Shown: positions 37,855 to 52,298, numbered from the stretch's first letter. The stretch is 64,000 nt of DNA from Octopus sinensis (GCF_006345805.1 NC_043022.1:5332001-5396000); one strand, 5' to 3'. A program made the numbers and translations. The notes: generated by a model from the sequence alone, not told the origin.

Positions 37855-38560
37855 ACTCCATTGGTCATGAATGACCACGGGTGCACCTAAGAGGTTCCCC
37901 TCTGGGGTTCAAGCCTGGACAGAATGTCGCCCCACTGGCGAACGCATAACTTAGGGTTGTTTGTATGGAAGACCAGCAGTTGCCCATGCATTCCAGCCTC
38001 CCCCCTCTCCATGCCACTGATGTTCTCCAAGGGGAAGGCAAAGGGGCTGATATAGCTTGGCCCTAGTGATGTTGCAACTCATTTCTACAGCTGAGTGAAC
38101 TGGAGCAACATGGAATAAAGTATCTTGTTCAAGAACACAACACACAGCCCAGTCTGGGAATCGAACTCACTACCTCATGATTGTGAGCCCAATGCTCTAG
38201 CCACTGAGTCATGCATCTTATATTAGAGACCCCCTTCGGTCATTTATGGCCATGGGATTGCACCTAGAAAGTTCCCCTCTGAGGCACAAGTCTAGGTAAG
38301 GTTGTTTAAGGAAGACCAGCAGTCATCAATGCATACCAACCTCCCCTCTCTAAGCCACTGATGTAACCCAAGGGAAAGACAAAGGAGCCAATACAGCTTG
38401 GCACCCGTGACGTTGCAACTCATTTCTACAGCTGAGTGAACTGGAGCAACGTGAAATAAAGTGCCTTGCTCAAGAACACAACACGCAGCCTGGTCCAGGA
38501 ATTGAACTCACAACCTCATGATCATAAGCTCGACACTCTAACCACTGAGCCATGCGCCTT
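37855..38560 (-). mobile_element. Two tandem SINE family E copies (about 37855-38218 and 38225-38560)
   Basis: tRNA-like head, GTTCTTGAGCAAGGCACTTTATTTCACGTTGCTCCAG core, tail ..GAGGGGAACTTTCTAGGTGCAATCCCATGG..GAAGGGGGTC. Confidence 0.8.
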
Positions 38561-38563
38561 TAC

Positions 38564-38595
<32 letters not shown>

Positions 38596-38603
38596 CCATA
38601 TAT

Positions 38604-38987
38604 GGGAAGCACTCCGTCGGTTACGACGACGAGGGTTCCGGTTGATCCGAATCAACGGAACAGCCTGCTCGTGAAATTAACGTGTAAGTGGCTGAGCACT
38701 CCACAGACACGTGTACCCTTAACGTAGTTCTCAGAGGTATTCAGCGTGACACAGAGAGTGACAAGGCCGGCCCTTTGAAAATACAGGTACAACAGAAACA
38801 GGAAGTAAGAGTGAGAGAAAGTTGTGGTGAAAGAGTACAGCAGGGATCACCACCATCCCCTGCCGGAGCCTCGTGGAGCTTTAGGTGTTTTCGCTCAATA
38901 AACACTCACAACGCCTGGTCTGGGAATTGAAACCGCAATCCTATGACCGCGAGTCCGATGCCCTAACCACTGGGCCATTGCGCCTCC
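38604..38987 (-). mobile_element. SINE family B with tail type 2; probable TSD ATCCATATAT
   Basis: Near-identical reverse complement of 35470-35856. Confidence 0.9.
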
Positions 38988-40703
38988 ACATCCATATATA
39001 CATATGTCCAAATACAGGCTTCTGGTAGTGGTGACAACTGTTGTTGTTGCTGTTGTCATCATTCAAAAACAAAAAGGTTTAAATGTGATTTGAACTCATG
39101 GACCAGATGTTTGCCACAGTATTGTTCCTCCAAGGAAAGAATAGAGTTTTGTTTTTCTTTTGTTTTGTTTTTTTATTTTCGTTTTTGTTTTTATTGCTTT
39201 AAATTTTATCTTTTCTTTTTTTTATATTCTTCTTATTTTCAACTTTTGGTTCCTTTCAAACGTTTTCTGGTGTTTCTTTAATCTCCCAGAGAACATTTAA
39301 ATTACTTCAAGTACATCTTTAATTAAGGTTGTACACACACACACACGCAAATTCAAATATACATACATTATATATATATATATTATATATACATATATAT
39401 ACATACATGCATACATACATACATACATACATATATATATATATAATGTATGTATATATATACATTATATATATATATATATATATACACATATATATAC
39501 ACATTATATATATACATAGATGCATATATACATATATATATATACATTATATATATATATATGCATCTATGTATATCATGTTTGATACACACACACACAT
39601 CCTTTATCTGAACATCAATTCAGAAGCTTTTCAAAACCATTCTCTCCTCACCTTCTCTTCCCCACCTCTCCCCTTTCTCACCCACCTCTCCCCCTTCTCT
39701 TCCCCTCCCTCTCTCTTCTTCAAAATGGATCAACTTCTTTCTTGCTTTCTTTCCTGTAATCTCCTTTTTTTTTTTTTACTTTTGTCTTAATGAGGTTAGT
39801 AATTATTTGTAAGTGTTTGGTTGTGTTACATAGAATGTATGTGGTGGTCGTTTGTGGAATGGACGGGGAGGGTGAAAACGAGAAAGACCGAGGGTGGTGG
39901 CCATGGTGGTGGCGGCAGTAGTGGTGGTCATGGTGGTGGTGGTGGTGGTGGTGGTGATAGTGGTCGCAATGATGGTGGTGTTTGTGGGGATGGTAGTTCT
40001 GGTGGTGATGATGATTGCAATAGTGATTCATGATGATGATAAGGATGATGATGATGGTGATGATGATGGTAATGATGGTGGTGGTAGTGTTGAGTATAAT
40101 GATGATGGTGATGATGATGATGATGATTGTAATGATGGTGGTGCTGATGACGGCAGTGATGATGACGATGATGGTGGTGATGATGATGATGAATTGTCAA
40201 TTAGAAGAAGCAAAAAAAAAAACCTCACCATTGATCTATTATAAAGATGTGAATATTTCCCATCAGAGATCAAAGATTTCACTGGAATCATCCATTGTGG
40301 CTGCTGCTGTTGCTGCTGGTGGTGGTGATGTTGTAATTATTGTTGTTTAATTATGATCATGACAAATGAATAAGTATTAAAGATTATAAAAACCAAAAAA
40401 AAAAAAAACCAAAAAGAGAGAAGAAAAGAAGAAAGCAATTAGTGTTATTACAGTTAATTAGTTCGTGATTGCAATCTTAACGAGGTCCTCTTCCAGAGCA
40501 AAGGATCTTTCTTAGCTTACCTTCCAACATTAATGGTTTACGGAATTGTCTTTGACACTAAATTTTAATGCCAAAACACAAATTAATGATCTCAACAACA
40601 ACAACAGCTATAATAATTAATAATAATAATGACATTGATAATAATTCTTTCTAAATTCACCGTAGAATTCATTTTAATAGCAGAGAAGATGACAGTGATG
40701 ATG

Positions 40704-40734
<31 letters not shown>

Positions 40735-40871
40735 GGTTAGTTGGTTCCATTGACCCCAGCGCTCAACTGGTCCTTATTTCATCGACCCCACCTCCTCCCC
40801 CAAAAGGATTGAAGTTAATGTCAGTCTTGGTGGAATTTGAACTCAAAATGTAAAGATGGACAAAATGTCAC

Positions 40872-40872
40872 C

Positions 40873-40905
<33 letters not shown>

Positions 40906-40986
40906 TTGATAAGAATACTACTACTAATAATAATAATAGCAATCGTAATAGGAACAGTAGTAGTAGTAGTAGTAGAAATAATAATA

Positions 40987-41029
<43 letters not shown>

Positions 41030-41115
41030 TAATATTGATAAGAATACTACTACTAATAATAATAATAGCAATCGTGATAGGAACAGTAGTAGTAGTAGTA
41101 GTAGAAATAATAATA

Positions 41116-41146
<31 letters not shown>

Positions 41147-41262
41147 TAATAACAATAATATTGATAAGAATACTACTACTAATAATAATAATAGCAATCG
41201 TAATAGGAACAGTAGTAGTAGTAGTAGTAGTAGTAGAAATAATAATAATAATGATAATGATA
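40872..41262. repeat. Three-copy ~126-130-bp higher-order repeat made of AAT/ACT/AGT triplets
   Basis: The block ATTGATAAGAATACTACTACTAAT..GCAATCGTAATAGGAACAGTAGT occurs three times. Confidence 0.9.
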
Positions 41263-41559
41263 GTTAAATGGCAGCAAAAGCCATAATGTTAATAAATGGT
41301 AATGAAGTGATTTAATTTTAGTTTGAAGCTGAAAATGGTTTCGATGTTCATTCTGTTTGTGTTCTGCTATAAAAGAGCCAACCCAAAGCAAGAGAGAGAG
41401 ATATTCAGAACCATTGTTGGCGTAAACAATGTTTTCAATTTTCGATCAATCCCCACCCCTCCCCCACCCCCTGGTCGCCACCCCGCTCCCCCTGCAATAC
41501 GCTCACACACACACACCTGTTAATATCTTCTTGTTAAAGTCAACAGGTATGTCTTATCT

Positions 41560-41792
41560 TCAGGCGGCGAGCTGGCAGAAACGTTAGCACGTCGGGCGAA
41601 ATGCGTAGCCGTATTTCGTCTGACGTTACGTTCTGAGTTCAAATTCCGCCGAGGTCGACTTTGCCTTTCATCCTTTCGGGGTCGATAAATTAAGTACCAG
41701 TTACGCACTGGGGTCGATGTAATCGACTTAATACCTATGTCTGTCCTTGTTTGTCCCCTCTGTGTTTAGCCCCTTGTGGGTAGTAAAGAAAT
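41560..41792 (+). mobile_element. SINE family C (Meta/MESC-domain-like), intact, 15-bp TSD
   Basis: TSD AGGTATGTCTTATCT at 41545-41559 and 41793-41807. Other copies at about 34036-34240, 50190-50390 (-) and 55920-56143. Confidence 0.9.
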
Positions 41793-42344
41793 AGGTATGT
41801 CTTATCTGTGGTAAGAATCTGTGCTGAAAATGGTTCTACGCATCTCATTCTGTCGGCTTGTGTGATGCTGGGTCCTTAATATCGGAAACCACGCTTGAGT
41901 GCATCTTTGCTACTGCTGCTTATGATGGTGGTGATGGTGTGGTGATGTTGATTGTGTGTGCGTGCATGTGTACATGCAAGTATGAATGCACACACATGCA
42001 CAAGCAAGGAAATATTTGCTTGGAAGCAGGTGAGGGTTGGTGACAGGAAGGGCATCCAGCCATAGAATACTTACCTCCACAAACTCCACCTGACCCATGC
42101 ATGCATAAAAATGTGAACATTAAATCATGAGGATGAATATTTATATGTATGTATGTACACACACACACACACACACATATATACATATATGTATATCACC
42201 ATGATCACCATGGCTGACCAGGCTATCAGATGTTACTACACATCGCTGGTCACAATTCCTTCTTCAGATATTGCTAGGAATTGATCGAGTCACTGCTGTA
42301 ATCGTTTTTTTTTCCTTTCTTAAAGTGTGTATACATGTTTTTGG

Positions 42345-42698
<354 letters not shown>

Positions 42699-42988
42699 GT
42701 ACACTGTTCCATGTTGGTAAGATCAACAAAAGAACTACTCCATCTGGCGAGAGATGAATATTGTTTAATGAGCTATATATTTATGTGAGCTGCCAATAGT
42801 TTCAGGTAATGAAAAGCAGACATGGACCACAAGTAAAATCTTTATAATTTAGAGAGCCCGAGGATTGTGTGCAGGCTCCAGACATGTTATGAAATACTGA
42901 GTTGTTTTCCTTCCCATAAAACCATTAGTAGTTCATTAAAATATACACTGTGTTTATTAAATTACATACAGACGTGTATATGTGTGTG

Positions 42989-43020
<32 letters not shown>

Positions 43021-43361
43021 ATAACAAAATAATATATAAAGCATATGCATATATACATATATGTACATACCTACATCTATACGTATATATACATGCATAT
43101 ATGGATACAGGACAAAAAAAATGTTGAACACAATGAGAAACGAAAACATAAAAACAAAAACATGGAAACGGACTTTTTTTTCAAACAACAAAAAAACAGA
43201 GTACAAGACATACAACACAAGGAATATTCCCCTTCTTCAGTTGCCCCTGTTTCAGCTACTCCGCGTTTCAAAGGTAATATATATATATATATGTGTGTGT
43301 GTGTATATATATAGATAGATAGATAGATATGTATATATATACACACATATATATATATATG

Positions 43362-44295
43362 TTGGGTCATCCCATAAATAATGCAGTTTTATACTTGTTT
43401 CATTTTTCAGAATTAGGATAACCAAAGTTCTTTTTAAATCTAAAATATACTCTCCCTTATTTTCTACAATGCTCTTCCATCTATCTGGTAGACTTGCAAA
43501 GCCCCTCTTCCAAAATTCACTTGTCCATGACGAAAAATACTTCTCTTCTTTTCTGATTTTGTCTACAGAATTCATATTTTTTCCGTCCAAGTGATTTTGA
43601 AGTCTGTGGAATATATGATATTCAGGTGGGGCAATGTCCAGGAAATATGGTGGGTGGGGCATCATTTCCCTTTCAAACTGATCCAGCCTTTGGAATGTCA
43701 TCCTCGCTTTATGAGGCCGAGTATTATCCTGATGGAAGAACACCTTTTGTCTTGAAACCAAAGATGGTCATTTCTCTTCTAGCACTGATTTAAGCCGCTC
43801 AAGCTGCTTACAGTAGATTTTCTTTGTTAACATTTAGTTTGGGTTTAAAAGTTCAAAGTGGACTAAACCTTTCATATCCCACCAAACAGATAACAACACC
43901 TTACATGGGTGAAGACCTTCTTTAGCCTGGGGTGCTGGTGTTTCTCCTTTCCCTACCCACTGTCTTCAGCGCTTGACACATTTTTATAGAGAACCCATTT
44001 CCCGTCACCAGTCACTATTTGGTACAAAAAAGGGTCATTCGTGAGAGATGACAGCGAAGAAGAGCACACATTCACTCTCTGTGCATGATTAGACTTAGAA
44101 AGTTTTTGAGGATCTCAGACCCAATTTGCCGACTTTCCCGATGGCAGGCAGGTGCCAATGAATGGTTGAATGACTAAATCCAAGCTTCTCTGTTAGTTCC
44201 TCAACAGTTACGATGGGATTTTGTTCCACCAGGATTTGCAGGACGTACTCATCGAACTCTACAGATCTTCTAGGATTATTTATGGAATGACCCAA
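43362..44295 (-). mobile_element. Defective mariner (DD34D-type) lacking the N-terminal part of the transposase
   Basis: TIRs TTGGGTCATCCCATAAATAA / TTATTTATGGAATGACCCAA. Translation gives FHQDNTRPH..HPPYFLDIAPPEYHIF..LPDRWKSIVENKGEY and ILVEQNPIVTVEELTEKLGFSHSTIHWHL. Confidence 0.9.
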
Positions 44296-44302
44296 TAACC
44301 CA

Positions 44303-44340
<38 letters not shown>

Positions 44341-44750
44341 GCATGACCGTGTGGTAAGAAGCTTGCTTCCCAACCACATGGTTCTAGGTTCAGTCCCACT
44401 GACCGAAGCCTTGGGCATGGATTTGATTGACAGAAACTGAAAGAAGCCCATATAAACATACATATGTAGATACGCACACACACACCACACACGTTTATGA
44501 GTACCTTTGTGTCTGTGTTTGCCCCCACCCATCACTACTTGACAACTGGTGTTGGTGTGTTTACATCCACATAACATAGCGGCTCAGCAAAAGAGACTGA
44601 TAGAATAAGTTCTAGGCTTTAAAAAACAAGTCCTGGGGTTGATTTGTTTAACCAAAAAAGTCCTTCTAGGTGGTGCTCCAGCACGGCCACAGACAAAATG
44701 ACTGAAACAAGTAAAGGGACAAAAAGAATAATAGAATACAGCTGAGAATA

Positions 44751-44786
<36 letters not shown>

Positions 44787-45169
44787 GTTTCCTATTTTAG
44801 CACAAGGCCAGCAATTTGGGGGGAGTTGGGGAGCAAGTTAATTACATCAACCCCCAGTGCATAACTGATACTTATTTTATAGACCCTAAAAGGATGAAAG
44901 TAATAAAGTAATAAAGGGGAAAGTAATAATAATAATAATAATAATGTTTTGTGACCAAAAGATTATAAGGAATTCTGTGTGTGTGTGTGAGTGTGTGTAT
45001 GTGTGTGAGTGTGTGTGAGAGTGTATGTGTGTGAGAGTGTGTATGTGTGTGTTTGTACACACACACGTGTGCGTAGGAGTGACTGTACATTACTCCCTGG
45101 CCACAGTCAGTTGATCAGATCTCGATCTGATCGTCATTAGGGGTGACTGTACATTAATATGAAACACTG

Positions 45170-45520
45170 CTGCTGTGATATCCATTTGGAAACTCTTGGA
45201 GAGACTCGTACCAAACTTTGGCATTGCAGCTTACACAAAACAGTAGAAGGGGGCACCACTGTATAATGCCAAAAATCCCAATATTGCCATCAGGACACAG
45301 GATCAGAAACTGCAATAGCTTCGGTTTTCAAGGGCCCACAGCTCTTCCATATCCTCCTAAAACTGTCTGAGAGACCTTAACGGGGTGAATGTGGCTGTGT
45401 TTCAAAACGAAACTGGATCTCCTCCTGCTAAGAGTTCTGAATGAGTGACCAGAAATGCAGATGATGAGGGCAGCGATACACCAAAACGCCCTCACTCACC
45501 AAATGCCATACATCTGAGCA
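45170..45520 (+). mobile_element. CR1-group LINE 3' fragment, decayed
   Basis: Reads AVISIWKLLERLVPNFGI..CNSFGFQGP..LFHIL..KTKLDLLL with frameshifts. Confidence 0.6.
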
Positions 45521-45655
45521 GGTTTCACCTACTGAAAGTGTAGCAACTCTAACTACACTGCCCCAGCATGGCCGCAGCTTTCAAGCACCAACATGTCAAA
45601 GAAAAAAAAACATTAAAGTAGATGTCACTTGTTATGACTAATAAAGTTTGTGTGG

Positions 45656-45934
45656 TCTTCTTCTTCTTCTTCTTCTTCTTCTCTTCTTCTTCTTCTTCCT
45701 TCTTCTTCTTCTTCTTCTTCTTCTTCATTGTCGTCTTTCTTCTTCTCCTCCTCCCTCCTCTTCCTCTTCCTCCTCCTCCTCCTTCTTTTCTTCCTTCTTC
45801 TTCTTCTTCTTCTTCTTCGTTGTCGTCTTCTTCTTCTTCTCTTTCTCCTCCTCTTCCTCCTCCTCCTCCTTCTTCTTCTTCTTCTTCTTCTTTCTTCCTT
45901 CTTCTTCTTCTTCTTCTTCTTCTTCTTCTTCTTC
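45656..45934. repeat. (CTT/CCT)n polypyrimidine microsatellite
   Basis: Seen directly; a similar tract lies at 56985-57293. Confidence 0.95.
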
Positions 45935-46627
45935 TAGTTAGGGTTAGTGACAGAATGTTGTCTCCAATTTTCTCAAGAAAGCCAAGAGAAAAAAATGGGA
46001 TCTTTTCCTTTTGAACGGCAGTTTGTAACATAACTTCTAGGTAACTAAAAAGTTTTAAACTTCGTATACTGGTAGAATGTGTTTATAAAACATCATTTTC
46101 TCTTGGTTTTCATCATCATCATCATCATCATCATCGTTTAACGTCCGTTCTCCATGCTAGCATGGGTTGGACGGTTCGACCGGGGATCTGGGAAGCCAGA
46201 AGGCTGCGCCAGGCCCAGTCTGATCTGGCAGTGTTTCTACAGCTGGATGCCCTTCCTAACGCCAACCACTCCGTGAGTGTAGTGGGTGCTTTTTACGTGC
46301 CACCCGCACAGGTGCCAGACGAGGCTGGCAAACGGCCATGATCGGATGGTGCTTTTTACGTGCCACCGGTACGGGGCCAGACAAGGCTGGCAACAGCCAC
46401 AATCGGATGGTGCATTTTATGTGCCACTGGCACGGAGGCCAGTCGGGGCGGCACTGGCAACGGCCACGTTCGGATATATGAGTATGTATGTATTCACCTT
46501 GTGTGTGTGTATATACCTGTATAGACTGTGCATATGTGTGTATGTGTATGTTTGCCCATGTACCACCATTCCATCCACCTACCAATATTGATTCTAACCA
46601 TTTTTCTTTCTCTCTTTTGATGTCTAG

Positions 46628-46723
<96 letters not shown>

Positions 46724-46724
46724 A

Positions 46725-46824
46725 NNNNNNNNNNNNNNNNNNNNNNNNNNNNNNNNNNNNNNNNNNNNNNNNNNNNNNNNNNNNNNNNNNNNNNNNNNNN
46801 NNNNNNNNNNNNNNNNNNNNNNNN
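46725..46824. other. Assembly gap (100 N)
   Basis: Exactly 100 N, a placeholder size, so contiguity across it is uncertain. Confidence 0.99.
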
Positions 46825-47348
46825 ATACACACATCATGTATATATATATATATATATATATAAACCATATATATAAAACAACACATATATATATACATAC
46901 TGGTTATATATGGTTAAATTCATCCCTGGTTACCTACCATTGCTGTATTGACTGCCCTTCTCAAGTTCCATTATAAGAGTAACACAGTCCTTGGTTCTCT
47001 AGACATAGAACATGCAGGACGGTCATGGATGGAATAGCTTTGCCTGAGGATCAGGGATGATACAACAACAACAACTACACAATGCTTTTATGTTTCTTTT
47101 ACATTTTCACCACTCTGCTGTCCAGCATTTTACACTGGAAAGCCTGGGGACACACCATTGTTTCCACCAATAAGTGATACGTTATGTTTAACTGTTGAGG
47201 AATTCAGAGAATAATTTTGGAATCGAAGAAGGGGGGGGGGGGTCAGTGGTTGGGGAGAGCAGAGGAGTCTACAACAGTTGGTTCTTGAGGAAAAGGAATG
47301 CTTGCACTTTTCTCTGACTGCTGCACACACACACACACAACACACACA

Positions 47349-47379
<31 letters not shown>

Positions 47380-47899
47380 CTCAGACAAGCACACATACAC
47401 ACATGCAGACACAAACACATAAACAAGTGCCCATAAACAGACACTCCTGCCCCCCACCCACCCCACATACACTGTACAAGACACACACACAGACACACAG
47501 AGGCCAGGTTTCAAAAGTTGCTATTTCCTAAGAACGGTAACTATCTGTTGTGTTTATCAAATATTTACAAGGAATGTCTTTGAGACAAAGATAAGACATC
47601 TATCATGATTTTATCAAGCAGTTTGGTATGTAGAATATGAAGTACATTAGAGAACCACCTGGTTAGAATATGTACTCAGGGCATCACACACACACACACA
47701 CATGTATATGTGTGTATGTGTGCGTGTGTGTGTGCATATATCTAAGAAAGCCACAGAGAAAAAGTGGGGGGGGGAGAGGGTGATAGAATGAGTTTCATGA
47801 GTCAACATTTTGTTCTACTCAAAGTTTTGGTTTCACAAAAGCCAAACATTTTCTATTTTAAAAATGGAACGAAAGAATTTCTATTCCATCGCCATTTAA

Positions 47900-48119
47900 C
47901 CCTTTAGTGTTCGCATTATTCTGCCAAAATTAATCCTTTTTTATCTAAATTGTTTTGAACTAATCATGCATTATCTTGAATCTATGAGATTTTGATGAGG
48001 TACCTGTAATTTCTAAAACGATATTGTAGGGTTAGTGTGAGAGACCAGATCTGGCCAGTCTGATCATAAAAAATGCTGAATACTTTTGGCCAGATATGGC
48101 CGGTTTAAATGCTAAAGGG
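47900..48119. mobile_element. piggyBac-type MITE, family 2
   Basis: TTAA|CCCTTTAG ... CTAAAGGG|TTAA; related fragments near 5110-5200, 5845-5955 and 9870-10180. Confidence 0.75.
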
Positions 48120-48233
48120 TTAATGTTCATTCCCCAGTTACAGTATTGCAGACGTACAAACATGCCCTGGGTACTTTTGAGTTCAGAGTACAGAATACAA
48201 TTCAGTTGTATAAGGAAGTGTCGTGTATCCATT

Positions 48234-48706
48234 GAGAAAACAGCCAGAGTACAATATTGAGAAAAGTCCCTGTGCTATAGAAAACAGCCAGAGTACAATA
48301 TTGAGAAAAGTCCCTGTGCTATAGAAAACAGCCAGAGTACAATATTGAGAAAAGTCCCTGTGCTATAGAAAACAGCCAGAGTACAATATTGAGAAAAGTC
48401 CCTGTGCTATAGAAAACACCAGAGTACAATATGAGAAAAGTCCTGTGCTATAGAAAACAGCCAGAGTACAATATTGAGAAAAGTCCCTGTCTATAGAAAA
48501 CCCAGAGTACAATATTGAGAAAAGTCCCTGTGCTATTAAAACAGAGTACAATATTGAGAAAAGTCCCTGTGCTATAGAAAACAGCCAGAGTACAATATTG
48601 AGAAAAGTCCCTGTGCTATAGAAAACAGCCAGAGTACAATATTGAGAAAAGTCCCTGTGCTATAGAAAACAGCCAGAGTACAATATTGAGAAAAGTCCCT
48701 GTGCTA
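48234..48706. repeat. 44-bp minisatellite, about 11 copies
   Basis: Unit GAGAAAAGTCCCTGTGCTATAGAAAACAGCCAGAGTACAATATT; outer copies are identical. Confidence 0.97.
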
Positions 48707-49195
48707 TTTCTGGCATACAGCTGTATGGTCAAAAAGTCAACCTCACAATTACATGATTTTAGGTTCAAGTCCAAGTTCAAGTTCTACTGAAACCCCAGGT
48801 CGGTCAGAACTATGTCATAACAATTTGTGTGGAAGTAAACACCTACTGAGAGAACTGAATGGCTGCCACTGTGCAGCCAGAGATTAGACCTATCAGTGGT
48901 ACACTTAATCCTTCATCTGGTTTAATACTAACACAGGGTGTTTTGGGTATCTTTGCTAGAATCAACTCTGTCCAAATTATTTAGGACAGTTCTGCAGTCT
49001 GAGGATACCATCCTTTTTTTCTCCACTTGTCTTGGAGCTTTGGAATGGGTCTGAGGCATTCTGCTTCCTCTTCTCACTAAATCTTTTGATGCCAGCCTGC
49101 ATGAGACTGCCTTAATTCTATGATATAAACCCTTTGTTTTAAGTGATTTAAATTAAAAACCTTCCATGGAAATTTCATTTCATTTATGTTCCAAA

Positions 49196-49475
49196 CTCAC
49201 GCTGAGAGTTGCTGAAGCATGGAACAAACTGCCGGCATCGGTTGTTAGTTGTCGGAGCACTGCATCCTTCAAAACTTCCATGCTTCCTGAGATTCGCCAA
49301 CACTACACTTGATTTTCTCCCCTCCATACACACACAAGCATGTATCTGACTCATACATTGTTCGCTTTCCAGACATTTCTACATTACTGCATGTACTTTA
49401 TATGCACTTTCTGACAAGTTGTGGTGCACCTGAACACTGTATACAATAATTTCATTATTATTATTATTATTATTA
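49196..49475 (+). mobile_element. CR1/L2-group LINE 3' end with (ATT)n tail
   Basis: Reads LRVAEAWNKLPASVVSCRSTASFKTSMLPEIRQHYT*, then 3' UTR and ATT repeats. Confidence 0.8.
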
Positions 49476-52139
49476 TACTACAGTTCTAATGTTCTAAACA
49501 CCAACTTAAAAACAACAAGGCTACTTCACTAAATTCTTTGTTATGGTTGAAATTAATTGAAACAAAGATCAGTGCATTTCAACAGAAATATGGTAACAAA
49601 AGGGTTAAAGTGATCTAGATTAAAATCTTCCACCAAAATTTCATGCTAAGTTGTTGTGTTCCAAATACTAATTAAATAATAACGATAAGGTTGTTTCACT
49701 AAAGTTTTCGTTGTTTTCAAAATGAATTGAAACTAAAGCAGTTTATTTGAGAAGAAAAATGGTTAGAAAAGATGGAACTTCTGAGATTCTGGCAAATGGT
49801 AAGAAAAACTAGAATTTGACATCAGCTGGTTTGTGGTAATACTTCAGTGAAGCTGTAGAAGTGGCACCAGAGAGCAGCTAATATCAGAAGTTCTACTTTT
49901 CGGTTATTACTATTCCGCTAAATTACACAACCTGTCGTTCAATAAATTTCCAAAACAATCTACTCTGAAGACCTCCAAGATGATGCGAAGAAGACATACA
50001 CAAAGAATTTGGGAAGAGTCAAAGGAAAAATGTTCTTATAACATTACCAATCAGAGTGATGTCCAAGAATACCAGGGAGTCAGGTTGAGAGAGGGTCGTA
50101 GTGCCACTACCTAATAGGGTGAAGTCTTTTATGGCAGAGAAACACTTTATGGTGGTTTGTAAACATAAGTCTACTCGTATTCTATTCTACTCTAGGCACA
50201 AGGCCTGAAATTTTGGGGGAGGGGACCAGTCGATTAGATCGACCCCAGTACACAACTGGTATTTAATTATCAACCCCGAAAGGATGAAAAGCAAAGTCGA
50301 CCTCCGCGGCATTTGAACTCAGAACGTAAAGACAGACGAAATATGGTTAGGCATTTCACCTGGCATGCTAACGTTTCTGCTAGCTCACCCCTTATAAATG
50401 GGGTCAGGATACCAAATTCTTCTTCAAATTGAAGAACAAAGTAAATATTGTAGAATAAACCTGATCACTTCTGGAAAGAACTGTATGAGAATCAAGAAGA
50501 AATCTTAGACCAATATTTCTCGACACCTCTTTGAATTCTGGAAGAAAAATACCCCCCACTGTGAATGGAGAGGGGTGGAATAAATACAGCCGTTCCTCAC
50601 CTTACCATTTAATGGGAATAATAAACTTCGATTTCAGTCAATTTATTGAATTTACATTGATCTCAGCAAACATATTTAAAAGCATAAAAACATTAAAAAC
50701 TTGATAATTACCAATATTGATATGGAAAATCAAATAAAATAAATGCGGAAATATGTGCAAACTATTTATTAAAACAGATATAAGCTAATAAATTGTTTTG
50801 AATGTTATTTCTTGTTTTATATTGCTTTTCTTTTCTTTTTTTTTTTCTTTTGAGTTAAGTTGTATGTCTTGGAACCAATTACTGACATATATATAAGGTA
50901 TGCCAATAGATACACGCACACACACACATATATATACATACACATATGATATATATATATATATACATACATATATATCATCATCATCGTTTAGCGTCCG
51001 CTTTCCATGCTAGCATGGGTTGAGGTGCAGATGTTGCTGTGTGGTAAGAAGCTTACTTCCCAACCACATGGTTCTAGGTTCAGTCCCACTGTATGGCACC
51101 TTGGGCAAGTGTCTTCTACTACAGCCTGGGTCTGACCCGAGCATTGTGAGTGGATTTGTTAGACGGAAACTGAAAGAAGCCCGTCATATGTGTGTGTGTG
51201 CTTGTGTATTTGTGTGTCTGTATTTGTCTCCCACCAACATCACTTGACAACCGATGTTGGTGTGTTTACGTTCACATAACTTAGAAGTTCAGCAAAAGAG
51301 ACTGACAGAATGTGATAAGGCTAGCCCTTTTGAATTATTGGTATAACTCATTTTTGCCAACTGATTGAACTGGAGCAACATGAAATAAAGTGTCTTTCTT
51401 AAGGACACAATGCACCAGCAGGAATTGAACTCACAACCTTTACTTAACTAAATGCAGTGCTCCAGCATGGTTGCAGTCAAAATGACTGAAACAAGTGAAA
51501 GAATAAAAGAATAAAAGCATTTTGCCTGGCACAGTAATGATTGTGCCAGCTCACTGCCCGATGCCACTCCAAAATCCTGCCATGCCCAACTGGTAGAGAA
51601 TGTATTTTCTCCTCGAGGAGGAGTGTTTCCCACAGAGGATTGAAACCCAATTCTCTTCTATTTCACATCGGCAAACGTTATCCAACCAAGTAAAACTGAT
51701 ATTATTCATGAATTCAAAGCTTATCCGACTCAAGTTAATGTTTCTAGCAAACAACCAACGGAATACATTCCAGATATACAGGCAGAATAAATTCTATGGA
51801 AGATATTTCCAGCAAGGGTAGAAGGAAAGAAAGAAAGAAAGAAAGAAAGAAAAAGAAAAGAAAAATAATTCACGAACCTGAGTGAAAACAACCCCACACA
51901 CTAACATGAATATATATACATATGTACACTCACAAATGCATTTTCTGGAAACGGTGATAATTGACAGGTTTGGAAGCAAGATGGCTTCACTGACATTTCT
52001 CAGATGATCAACAGAATTGATACGAAGAACATTAAAGCAGAGTCTTTTATCAGAACTAATACCTTTTTTTTATTTTTGCTTTAATATTTTTTCGCAGTTT
52101 CTTATGTGAGAGTATGATGTGTGTATGACAAATATATTA

Positions 52140-52264
52140 ACATGAATACATATGTATGTAAATATATATTTAAACATATATATATGTCTATGTATGTATG
52201 TATATATGTATGTATGTATGTATGGATGTATGTATGTATGTGTGTATGTATGTATGTATGTATG

Positions 52265-52298
<34 letters not shown>

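Noticed and set aside
40200-40560. Isolated minus-strand donor-like sites (G|GTGAGG, GAAG|GTAAGC)
   Set aside because: They give only short peptides without homology or a consistent exon chain; such sites are expected by chance.
48234-48706. CRISPR-like appearance of this array and the 61.5-63.2 kb array
   Set aside because: Units repeat head to tail with no unique spacers, there are no cas genes, and the context is eukaryotic.
51535-51800. Unique sequence with open frames on the minus strand (e.g. KRIGFQSSVGNTPPRGENTFSTSWAWQDFGVASGSELAQSLLCQ)
   Set aside because: No recognisable family, weak splice sites and no partner exons; a blastx search would be needed.
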